NCBI GenBank assembly: GCA_001949185.1
Contig: BDGG01000004.1
Span: 1,203,620-1,267,619 of the forward strand
DNA: 64,000 bases
Direction of reading: 5' to 3'
Source: Ramazzottius varieornatus
Lineage: Eukaryota > Animalia > Tardigrada
Part shown: positions 49,997 to 61,225 of the stretch, piece by piece
How positions within the stretch are numbered: position 1 is the stretch's first letter
Layout of the letters: every line of letters starts with the position of its first letter
Program-made: the position numbers and the translations under genes
The notes under the pieces: generated by a model
Told to the model about the DNA's origin: nothing
The model's input: the letters and a program-made list of their open reading frames with translations, nothing else
Database searches by the model: none

Positions 49997-51213
49997 CTAG
50001 AAGTCATCAAAAAGACCAGCGAACGACAAGTGTGAGATCTCTTCGATATCTTGCATGTCAGAAGCAGAAAGATGTTTGACATTACTAGAGGTAATATTCT
50101 TCAGAGCAGAGCATTCAGAAAGATCTTGCAGGACAGCTTTCTTTTCTGGGGAAGGTGGCGGTGGTTGTTCGCTGAAAGAGTTCTCGTCCGAGAAGCAGTC
50201 CATTGAGAGCGCTGCGATATCGTCCATTTCCGACTCCGTCAAGCCTTCCGTCATGGGACTGCTAATTATCCTGCTGGAACAGGAAGCAGCACTACCGAAC
50301 CCACTACTGCGGTCACTGCTAGTAGTGTTCAAACTCGAGTGAGGAACCTGTAAAGACGAAACCTCTTGAGGTTTATCGAACAGAGAATCCAAGCGTATAT
50401 ATATGACACCTGTTGAGCCGAAGTGGACGAAACTAAGCCAGGAACACCTGGAAAAGGTGAAGACGAAAGGAAAGACTGGACCTTTGAATCAGGAGTTTCG
50501 AGAAGTGAAGGGTTGAGCTGAGGAAGTATGGAGGAAGAAGCGGCTCCAACCAGACGAGCAAGACTCGAAGGATCGATGTAATTTGACTTTATGCCCATCG
50601 GTAACGTGTTGTCCAATGGTCTTGGTGGTCGGAAGAGTCCTGCTGGAGCCCTCTTCTTGCGAGTATTGCTCTCTGGCGTCCTAAAGGCATCTTTGACTAT
50701 CTTCAGGCTATCGATGGGACGTTTCAGACTCGAGGAGAAAGACGTAGGCTTGGAAGGAGGGGAGAACTGAGCAGGTCGTTGGCTCATTGTGAACTGGAAA
50801 TCGTCCTCCACCGACTCATCCACTTTCTTCTTCCAATCCACATCTTCCTCTGCGGCGACACTATTGAAAAGCGCCTTCGCTCGAAGCTGAGCCTCTTTGT
50901 CTTTAACAACTATGGGGGTCAGTTTGAGTGGATGCACGAAACAGACTTCTTTCGGTGGCTGGAAATCACTCCTGTAAATAATCGTTCACGCTGTAACATA
51001 TACTGGCTTTCACCAGTTGCTAAACAGATGAAACACTCACGAAGGACTAGGCTGTTGATGGGCCTCTTGGTAATCCTTCTCGTGTACAGGATCCACGACG
51101 TCAACCGTCGGAACATTTGCCTCAGGAGAAGAAGTGACTACATCGGCAGCAGGCTGTGGTAGATCCCCTACAGTGCTTCCATCTTGAGGTTCCATCGTCC
51201 GCAGGCCAAACAT
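49997..51213 (-). CDS. Ser/Pro-rich, probably disordered hypothetical protein
   Basis: Three exons join in frame through canonical gt...ag introns. Ends ...EEISHLSFAGLFDDF*. Confidence 0.6.
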
Positions 51214-51782
51214 AAGCTTCTGCGAACACACTTAGGGATCCCGCACCGACATCTGCAAAGCACAAAATCCTGGATGAAGCTGCAGATTCCGATTCGGAGG
51301 GAGACTCGAATTTCGAAAGATATTTTCAAAAACCAAAACCATAAGTTCATCAGTCATGACAAGATTGCAGATGGATATTAGGCGCGTCATACCATGTCCA
51401 GTAGCAGTACCGCGTCGTCTGCTTTGTGAGGGAAAGATCACTAGCCAAAACACAGCGAGGCGTACGACAAACAGTTTTTAGCTATAGCGGGATTGCGTAA
51501 AACAGCTTTATGTTTTGATTGGCCATTTACAAGCGGATTCGGCAAACATGTCCCTGCCGAAATGAATTAAACTCCGCCCTTATCATGTGGTGAAATATAT
51601 AAAAGGCGACATGCTCCGCAAACGCATCAGTCGTTCACTCGTTCTAGCTGCAGTTGTGCTCGCGGATTATCTTGATCTTTTTGTCCCAGTTTCGGTTGTA
51701 AGTTCTCATCCTCCCGCCGTTGTCGGACCTCCGGTTCACTACCTTCTGTTCTTAGCGAGGTTTGTGATTCGGCAGATCCAAA

Positions 51783-53021
51783 ATGGTACGTACCGTCTTG
51801 GGTTTTGAGCACCAGTTGTTGCTCTGCGTTGAATTGGTGCGCATATAATATCTTTTGTCGTTGCAGCCAGGTGGAAAAGCTGGAAAGGATACGGGAAAAG
51901 CCAAGAACAAGGCTATCTCACGCTCAGCCCGAGCTGGACTGCAGGTAAATAGTACAATCTTTGTCTCTTCCAAAACGAACGAGGTTTATTGCGTTGGCTA
52001 CTGTTCCGAAAGGCTCTTCGAACTCTCTTTCCGGAATGTTTGACGTTAGCTTAACGTTTCGCTTGACTGAAAACCGCAAAACGCGTAATTTCGACCTTTT
52101 CGTCTTCTTTACCCAAACTAGTCGGATTTGCTAAGAACAATTTCTGCAAGATGGAATTTGAGCGGGATAACATTTGAAGTGAACAGAAGCCTTTTATTGC
52201 GGAATGTTGCTTCTCAATTAGAGTTTGCTTAGCATAGTAGGTGGAAGACCTACTTCGTAACTGCGTACTGCTGAGCTGCAGTCGGCTCTAGTCATATAGC
52301 TTTGAGGGAAAGGGGCAGAAGAGGCCGTTGCCAGTGCTTACCTGGTTACGGTCTTACCGCCAAATTGCTACCGCCAGGTAACGTGGACGGTGGTCTGCTC
52401 TGGCCTTGCACACATCACTGGTCTTTAGGTTGATAATTTAATTGACCGTTGTAGATGGCGGTACTCTTTCCCGAGGAAACAGGTCATTAGGGATTTTTGT
52501 TTCTGTTTGCAGTTTCCTGTTGGTCGCATCCATCGACATCTGAAATCGAGAACCACTAGCCATGGTAGAGTTGGAGCGACAGCAGCAGTTTACAGCGCGG
52601 CCATTTTGGAATACCTTACGGCTGAGGTATGTTCATCCTTTATTGTGCCGTCTTTTTTAGTGTGTCTTTCTAGTGTGGTTCCAACGGTTATGCTTGTTCC
52701 AGGTGTTGGAGTTGGCTGGTAACGCCAGTAAGGATCTGAAGGTGAAGCGTATCACTCCTCGCCACTTGCAGTTGGCCATCCGTGGTGACGAAGAGCTGGA
52801 TTCCCTAATCAAGGCTACCATTGCCGGCGGCGGTAAGTTGGGTTTTCGTCTTGCGACAGAATGAAAGACTGACTTGAAATAGGGAAGATGTCTGACGTTG
52901 GTTCTCCGTTGCAGGTGTTATTCCCCATATCCACAAACATCTCATCGGCAAGAAGGGAGGAGTAGCAACTACCACCAACCCTTCGACACCCATTACTACT
53001 GCTCCCGTTAAGCAGGCATAA
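51783..53021 (+). CDS. H2A.Z: Histone H2A.Z (H2A.V)
   Basis: ATG-only first exon, then [65 protein letters not shown]. Confidence 0.97.
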
Positions 53022-53629
53022 GTTATAATGGCTCTCAGGCAGCAAAGCAACTTCCTGTCCAGCTTTTGAAGGTCTGGAATGGTTTTGAAAAAGTGTAAAG
53101 TTTGTTTGACGATGTTGCAGTCAAGCTTGTTTGCTTGAGGTTGTCTCTCGTTTACTTTCCTATCCTTTCTTTTCTGAAAAAGAAGGTGGACATCTGGCCG
53201 TGGTAGCTTGTGACCGGTCTTTCGGAGTCGTGGGGTTGTGCGTTCTGAGTAAGGCACCATGGCTAGATGTCGCATCTGATGTTCTTTGCTTTCCTATTTT
53301 CTCAACGTACCCACTTTTTAGCTAGACACTGTTTTGGACTTTCCTCAACACTTGTTACGTCTGCAGTTGTTAATTTTGATACCTCTGAAGCAATTTTTTT
53401 ATGTACCGCTTCCTCCTAACCTGGGTTGCTCTCCGTCCCAAAGAACTCGTACCGTATAATTCGCTGGATGAGCCTGCCGTGGTCATACTCATTACAACCC
53501 GGAACGGTGCTCGAAGTCGAAAGTGCGGTAGGAGATAAGCCGAACCTAACTGGTCGGTTTGAGATCTGATCGTTTGAGATGAGTTAGATGAGTATCGAGG
53601 ATCTCGAAAGTTTCCTGGATCGCAGATTA

Positions 53630-54292
53630 CGAGGGAGAGGTTATTGAGTTAGCCATAAGAACCTTCGGTTGTTGAGTTAGCCACCTGTTTTCGCCCGTTC
53701 TATCTGACATATTCTAACACATGTTTGGATGATTCGACAGAGAAAATGACGGGCTGTCGAATGGTACTTCTTGCGATGGGCTTAGGTTCTCAATGCATGC
53801 ACAAGATCCACAGTTCGGCAAACTGTCAAACCCCATTTTAGAGAGCCCGGACCAGAAATGAAACTAAGGCCACTAGAGGCGCTGGCGACGCGGTTTTCAA
53901 TGACAATAAAAATTATTTTTTTCACTGCGAGGCTAAATTTCGTACAGCAGTTTTGTTATCAACTCTGTCGGAATAAACATGGCGTCTCTCAAGTTGAAGA
54001 CTGCACTAGAGGTCCATGCGCAGTTGACGATGCAAGCAGCAGTTCATGCGGTGAGAGAAATGGGATGGGGAATGCGGGAAACTGCGGAGGCGTACGGAGT
54101 AAACCGGCAGACGCTGGACAATCGGTTGAATGGTCGACACACGGTATGCGCCTCGTACGGCAGTTTAGAAGAGCGGTATTGATTCTACCGCGTTTTTTGG
54201 CTATTACCCTGACTGTGCGCCACCACATACCGCAGCGGTGGCTAACTCAACAACCGCAGGTCGTTATGGCTAACTCAATAACCTCTCCCTCG
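53630..54292 (+). mobile_element. Non-autonomous IS630-Tc1-mariner/pogo-type DNA transposon (663 bp) with HTH_psq remnant
   Basis: 56-bp TIRs (53630-53685 and 54237-54292, 3 mismatches by eye) starting CGAGGGAGAGG, with TA on both sides. Internal ORF 53979-54182 encodes AVHAVREMGWGMRETAEAYGVNRQTLDNRL, a psq-type HTH. Confidence 0.88.
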
Positions 54293-54862
54293 TACTGCTT
54301 CCGAGTCTTCCGACCCCAGCGGCCCGTCACCTTGCATCTGCCCAGACTGCCCTTGAAGACTGAGCGGTCCGCCAAGCAAGAGCGGGACGGATTCGCTGTG
54401 TAGCGACGGGTTCCATTTGTAACTTTGTCCGCCCGTGGTCTGCCGCCGTCAGTCTGGCAAGCAGACAAGGCTGTGACATCGTCCGTGTGCGTCACTAGGC
54501 TCGTTTCCGGTTGCCACAAGTTCCTGTTTCCAACTTTCCACTCTCCGCTGTCTGCAGTAGATCTGGAGGCTACGTTAAACGTCTTGAAGATTACGAGAAG
54601 AAGGCGGACTGGCAACTAGTTCCCGACCGACGATCTCGATCTAGCGAGAGTCTAGACCGAAGACGTTATCGTTGTACTGCCAGGGTTTACCCTTCAGCTG
54701 TCCTTTCGCCAGCTCAGGTGCGTGAACCAGTTCTACCGTTATTTTCCCCAGGCAGAATCTGAATTTGATTATGGTTTCTGTTTAGGTATCCCTCGTTCAT
54801 CGAACTGGCCTGATCTCTACTGAAGGTTTCTACTAGACGAGCCAGAATCACGATTTAGAAGA

Positions 54863-57800
54863 ATGTCTTCGTTTTTACGCGGACGGACAGTTTGGGGAGT
54901 TAGCCAGCGCTTGGCCTTACATCGTCCAAATGTGAGAGTCTTTAGCACGGATCTCGTGGCGGATAACTTCGTCTCGGGATCGAGCTCTATCTATGTGGAA
55001 GACATGTATCAGCAGTGGACGAAAGATCCCAGCAGCGTTCATCCAGTAAGCCACATCGTTTCCACTTACGCAAGGTGTTGATAATCGGGATCTTTCTTTT
55101 AATCATAGTCATGGGACTCATACTTCAGCAGTCTGTCGAAAGGGTTAAAACCCAGCCAAGCTTACCAAAGCCCTCCTTCCCTTGGAGGCGCGAGGATGCA
55201 GCAGATGCCTCAACAACGGGAAACCAGTATGCCCGACATGGCACAAGTTGGCAGTGTCGAAAAGATGGTCAAAGATCACTTGTCTGTTAGCGCCCTCATC
55301 CGTGCTTACCAGGTACGCGTATGTAAGGCAGTTCGGAATGAATCCCCTGCGGGTTAACCGCATGCTTTCGAACCACGAAATAAAGTTGTTGTTTTCAGGT
55401 TCGTGGGCATCACATCGCCGATCTGGATCCGCTGATGCTGGAATCCATGCGTTACGAGTTTGTACCTCCGGAACTGGTGCTGGCCAATTACGGCTTGGGT
55501 ACGTTAATTCATGATACTGTATTCCATGGAAACTTCTGCGCAGTGACGTGACAGGCCCATAAAATAATCCCCGGGACTTGCTGACTGAACCACGATCGCC
55601 CGGGCCTAATTTAGGGGCCTGTCATGTGACTGCGCAGAACTTTCCAGGGAATACAGTGGCTGTCGTCTGAAATTTTGACTTACCGCCACCGGGTTCAAAC
55701 GGATAAGTTTAGTCTGTGAATCATTGCTGATGACGAATTTATGATCGTAGGCGAAGCCGATTTGGACAGGGTTTTCACGCTACCTGAAAGTACGTTCATC
55801 GGTGGCGGACAAAAGCAGCTGCCTTTGAGAGAGATCCTCAAACGTCTACAGAGTGCCTACTGCGGAGTGATCGGAGTTGAGTACATGTTCATCAACAACC
55901 GTGATCAGCAAGAATGGCTTCGTTCACAGTTCGAGACACCCGGTGTAACGCAACTATCGCCCGAAGACAAGAAGACACTCCTCAAACGCCTCATCCGCTC
56001 TGCTGGGTAAACCATTCCGAACGAACCTAACGAGTTAGCAGATAAACAGTGGTGTCTCAAAAGGTGTTTGCAAGAGTGTCGGTTCCATTGCATTTTTCCT
56101 GGTTTTGCTTACAGACTGGAGGACTTCTTCGCCAAGAAATGGCCGTCGGAGAAGCGCTTCGGTCTGGAAGGTTGCGAAGTTTTGGTTCCCGCTCTGAAGA
56201 GTATCATCGACGTCTCCAGCTCGAAAGGAGTGGACAGTATTGTCATCGGCATGCCCCATCGTGGACGCCTCAACGTCCTGGCCAACGTCTGTCGCAAACC
56301 GTTAGAGACGATCCTGACGCAGTTCAAAGCTCTGGCTTCTTCCGACGAAGGCAGTGGAGATGTCAAGTACCATTTGGGCCTCTCGCATGAGCGATTGAAC
56401 CGAGCCAGTAACCGCAACTTGAAAATCTCTCTCTGCGCCAACCCCTCGCATTTGGAAGCGGTCGACCCGGTTGTGCAAGGCAAGACCCGCGCTGAACAGT
56501 TCTACCTGGGTAAGTATCTACATGCTACAATGAAGAAACTGTGCAGACAGATACTGTATACGACGGTTTAGCTTATTGGTAGTTTTCGGTTTTTAGGTGA
56601 TAAGACAGGAGACAAGGTCATGTCTATCATCATGCACGGTGATGCCGCCTTTTCTGGCCAAGGTGTCGTCTACGAAACTTTCCATTTGAGTGAACTGCCC
56701 GATTATACCACGCACGGTACTATTCACGTCGTCGTCAATAACCAGGTAACTTTTTTTAGCCTTAGCGCTGCTTGGAAGTTTGCTCTGAGGCTTATCGAGT
56801 GGACGGAACATGTTTGAAGGTATTCTTTGCTCTGCTTTTCAGGTGGGTTTCACGACTGATCCGCGTGTATCGCGTTCTTCGCCATACTGTACAGACGTGG
56901 CTCGTGTGGTCAATGCGCCCATCTTCCACGTTAATGCTGACCACCCGGAGGCTGTGCAGCACATCTGCGAAGTGGCGGCTGAATGGCGAGCCAAGTTCCA
57001 CAAGGACGTTGTCATCGACTTGGTCTGCTACCGACGCAGTGGCCACAACGAGATCGACGAGCCCATGTTCACCCAACCCATCATGTACAAGAAGATCAAG
57101 GCAACCAAGCCTGTGGTCGAGAAGTACGCGGATAAGCTGATGAAAGAAGGCGTCGTCGACGAATCCTACTTCAAAGTACGTACGTCCTTTAATTTACTTC
57201 ATGTGTAACTCTCACGCTTTGTTAGACGTAATGCAGATTCAAAGTCAGAGTTTCCGAGAACTCGACGGTAAAATACGCTACTTTGTCTCGTACCGTACCT
57301 GCATACTGTGCTCCTTATTAGAGGCATGCTTCATTGTATGCAGGTACGTGATACAGCTGCTGGTCCCGTTTTGCTCACATTTCAAATGACTGACTTGAAA
57401 TGACCGATGGGTTTGTTTTATTCATTCGCTTTTCTTTGCGTTTTTTAGGACGAAATCGGTAGTTACCTGAACATCTGTGAGGAGGCCTACAAGACTTCGT
57501 CTAAAGCTACTTCCGTTCGCAACATGGACTGGTTGGATTCTCCGTGGGAAGGATTCTTCAGCACGCGTGATAAGTCCAAGATCGAACCAAGCGGCGTGGA
57601 GGAGGACACTCTGAAACACATCGCTACAGTCTTCGGTACTGAACCAGAAGGTATCGACGTCCATCGCGGCATCAAGAAGATCCTGGGCACTCGCCGGGAA
57701 CTGACGGAAGCTCGCATGGCTGACTGGGCAATGGGCGAGGCCCTAGCTTGGGGTTCGCTGTTGAAGGAAGGCATTCATGTGCGACTGAGTGGTCAAGACG

Positions 57801-59824
57801 TCGAACGGGGAACCTTCAGGTAAGCTCCCACTGAGAAGATATGCTATTTCGACCCTACAGGCTAGAGAAAATCGAATCGACAGAGCGACGGTCAAGCCGT
57901 TTCGTCTTGCATGCACCTGCAAACCAGAAAACCACGGTGAATAACGGGTGTATGGATGCAGGTTGCCGCCACATATCCAAAGACTAGTCAGATAATATCA
58001 GAAATATTCACTTACATAATCATCAAACTATCACTGTCACACTCCGTTGTCGTGGATAACCTGTTGTGGGTTCTAGTCATCGACATCACGTTCTGCATGA
58101 TCAGAACAAGGACAAGACGACGTATCGCCCACTGAACCACCTCTTTGAGAACCAAGCTCCTTACACAGTCTGTAACAGCTCGCTTTCAGAGTATGGTGTC
58201 TTGGGTTTCGACCTGGGTTTCTCCATGACCAATCCTCATGCTCTTATCATGTGGGAAGCACAGTTCGGTGACTTCAACAACACGGCGCAGTGCATCATCG
58301 ACCAGTTCATTTCCAGCGGTCAAGCCAAATGGATCCGACAGAGTGGCATTTGCTTGCTTCTTCCTCATGGCATGGAAGGCATGGTAAGGAAACCCTTTCC
58401 CAAATCAACTTGAGAATACTCCACGGATGAAACATTAGGGATTTTCACATAAAGCCAGACGAGTTTGGAGATCGACAGATTAAAGTCACTGATCGCACGA
58501 ATGTCCCCCTCATGTGACGCATGTTTTCATTGTCATTAGCGGGAAACGTGCGCCATTGGACTTGAAGAATCTTTTACGCTTTGTCTGCCGGCCTCCGAAA
58601 TATAACTTCTTGAAGACCGTGTTCACTCCTAATATCTCTTTCCAGGGTCCGGAGCACTCGAGTGCGCGTTTCGAGCGTTTCCTGCAAATGTGCAGCGACG
58701 ACCCCGACAAGTTCAACTCTGACCAGAGTCCTACATACGAAGTAGACCAGCTGCGGGAGACAAACTGGATTGTCATGAACATCACGACGCCGGCCAACTA
58801 CTTCCACGCCATGCGCCGGCAAGTCAAAATGCCCTTCCGCAAGCCCCTCGTCCTGATGACACCCAAGAGCCTGCTTCGTCTACCCGAAGCCCGCTCCAGC
58901 TTTGACGATATGTTGCCTGGCACACAACTGAAGCGTCTCATTCCTGATCAGGGCGGCCAAGCGGAGCAAGCCCCTGATGGCGTGAAGAAATTGGTCTTCT
59001 GTACCGGTAAGGTCTACTATGAGCTGAGCAAGGAACGTCACCATAAGCAACTCGAGAATGACATCGCTCTTGTGCGAGTCGAACAGGTAAATCTTCTCTG
59101 AAGCTCCTCACCCGAGAACCGGTAAATTCGGTGGGCGCGCTTTGCCTAAACCAGCATACGCGTTGTCTGGTGTACGACTTTTTGTATGCAGGTGCATGAA
59201 ATGGTACCCTGATTATCTATATGCTATTTTCTTTTTTCCAGATCTGTCCATTCCCCTACGACTTGGTGAAAGGACAGATCCAGCAGTACCCGAACGCCCA
59301 GATTGTCTGGACGCAAGAAGAGCACAAGAACGCCGGCGCTTGGAGTTACGTCCAACCCCGCATCGATAACTTGTTGCGCCATCACATCAAGGAACGTCGT
59401 CGTATCAGGTATGATATTGATACTTGGAGGTCTCATCCTGATTTTAGTGACGCTGTGAACAGTTTGGAAAATTTTGCCTTTCACAGCTATGCCGGAAGAT
59501 TCGCATCGCCCTCGCCAGCTACTGGAAACAAGAGCACGCACTTGGTACGTCGTATAACTGGTCTTTTGTCCCGCTTTATCCAGTGGTGTGGCATGCACCT
59601 GCATACTTCTGTATTACGGAGTGCGGTCAGATGTATGCAGGTGTACGAGACATGGTGCTTTAGAATGCCCGCCTCTGGTTTTGACAGATTTTGTGTTGAA
59701 GTTCTGACGTGGCTTTTAGTTGGAACAAGCTCGCGTTTTGGCGGACACTCTGAACCTGGAAAATGTGGGTGGGATGAACGGTAACGGCAATGGTAATGGA
59801 GGCAATATGGAAGCGCGTCATTAA
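54863..59824 (+). CDS. OGDH: 2-oxoglutarate dehydrogenase E1, mitochondrial
   Basis: Presequence, [27 protein letters not shown], ThDP motif [10 protein letters not shown]...[32 protein letters not shown]. Stop at 59822-59824. Confidence 0.97.
55516..55657. mobile_element. Fold-back/MITE-like element in an OGDH intron
   Basis: About 43-bp imperfect inverted arms (ACTGTATTCCATGGAAACTTCTGCGCAGTGACGTGACAGGCCC ... GGGCCTGTCATGTGACTGCGCAGAACTTTCCAGGGAATACAGT) plus an inner CCCGGG pair. No clear TSD. Confidence 0.7.
57294..57348. repeat. Family B copy 2 (OGDH intron)
   Basis: Perfect 13-bp arms CGTACCTGCATAC...GTATGCAGGTACG. Confidence 0.75.
57909..57966. repeat. Family B copy 3 (OGDH intron)
   Basis: GCATGCACCTGCAAAC...GGATGCAGGTTGC. 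Confidence 0.6.
58510..58575. repeat. Family A copy 8, degenerate (OGDH intron)
   Basis: GTGACGCATGTTTTCATTGTCATTAGCGGGAAACGTGCGCCA; the loop resembles copy 1. Confidence 0.6.
59150..59198. repeat. Family B copy 4 (OGDH intron)
   Basis: ACCAGCATAC...GTATGCAGGTGCATG. Confidence 0.6.
59591..59647. repeat. Family B copy 5 (OGDH intron)
   Basis: GCATGCACCTGCATAC...GTATGCAGGTGTACG. Confidence 0.72.
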
Positions 59825-60371
59825 ACATGAAGAGACCGACAGTACGCGCCGACGCTTTGGCTGGTTTCTATTGCACCCCTTTCCCTCCCCTCCCGGTGTA
59901 GCTGAAAAGAGGTCACTACGGTTGCGCAGCTTTGTGATGGGTGAAAACTAATAGCGCTTTTATTTTTCCGCAGATGTGTTTTCAAGTTTGAAGTTCTTAC
60001 CAACGAAAATAACGCTTCGTTTTTCCTTATGAGGAATAAGGACTGAATAGACTGTATGTCGTGTGCTTTCTTTTTCTACAATTAGCGTGTGTGTTCCTGT
60101 TGTTGGGTCTTGTGTCTCGAGTTTCTCGTGGTCGAGATCATAAACAGAGTTTGAACAACTTCGAAGGCTGCTTTTGAGACGAACAGTGTTTGACGTACAG
60201 CGTCGAACTGCGGTTTCTCGTATTGTATGCGTAGTGGGGAACAGTTGGCTGAGAGACCGATATTTCTCCTCCTTGTAACAGACCAAGGTTGCGCGTCCCA
60301 CGGGGAGTGTTTGACATGGAGGAGGCAGTGAGGCGGAACGAGTCCAGGGAGGTTACGTAGAGGTCGCTGTT

Positions 60372-60391
60372 TGACGTCATCGCGCATGCGC
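60372..60391. promoter_or_regulatory. Adjacent CRE and NRF1-type palindromes
   Basis: TGACGTCA at 60372-60379 and GCGCATGCGC at 60382-60391, in the OGDH-Ly6 intergenic region. Confidence 0.45.
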
Positions 60392-61225
60392 CGCTGCGAC
60401 TGACTGGTCTTTCGTTATCGACGTTTTCCGATGCCTGTCAGTTCTCACTGTAACCGCTGGTGTTGACGGCATGAGATTTAGGTAGTCCTCGGCACTTAAG
60501 ACGAGAGAGGATAGCATCGATCGGAGCTAGGGGTAACTGGTCTCGCACGCTTGAGAAGCACGACCGGCTGCTCCGTCCGCCATTCATTCATCTCGGTCCT
60601 CGGTTCCTTCTGTACATACGTAGTCGTACCGTTATAACGTGAGAATGCTTATTCAGCGACAGTCGGCTTAGAATCACGTAACGAGAAGCAAGAGAGAGTT
60701 CCCTGACGGGATGTATGATAAAATCAATCATTTCTTATCGAGTCAATCGATAACACGGGTGTTCCCAACTTGCAGTTGATCGAGCTAGCAAAGTTGAGTG
60801 GCATCGCTTTCTTGTCAACTGTAACTGTGTCTCGAAAAAGAACTACGACCCGCAGTGCAGGGCGAATCACCGTACTAGTTCACACCAGTTTCTGATGCTA
60901 ATATCGGGTATCGTACATCGAGAGCCAGTAGTAATTTGAGAACGGTTCCGTGTTGTTGCTGACTGCTGTTATTACTAGACTGACTCGGAAGTCGTTGAGA
61001 ACCCGAACGGCTAAATTCGGTGTCGCTTTCGGACTCTTTGCTGTGCCTTGGGCGGATCGTCAATATCCAAGAATCGAGCACTCTCTTATACGTTCACAGA
61101 AGATTTCTAGGATCGCCGGGGTCGGGCGCTGAAAGACTGTCTAACGTCGTATATGCGAAGCTCAGGATTCAAGAGCTCGTTGATCGGTCGTCGGATCTCC
61201 AGTGTGAAATCTCGTTATTGTAAAG

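Noticed and set aside
49997-51231. Frame changes suggesting frameshifting or a pseudogene
   Set aside because: Explained by canonical GT-AG introns. The same applies to the fragmented ORFs across the window.
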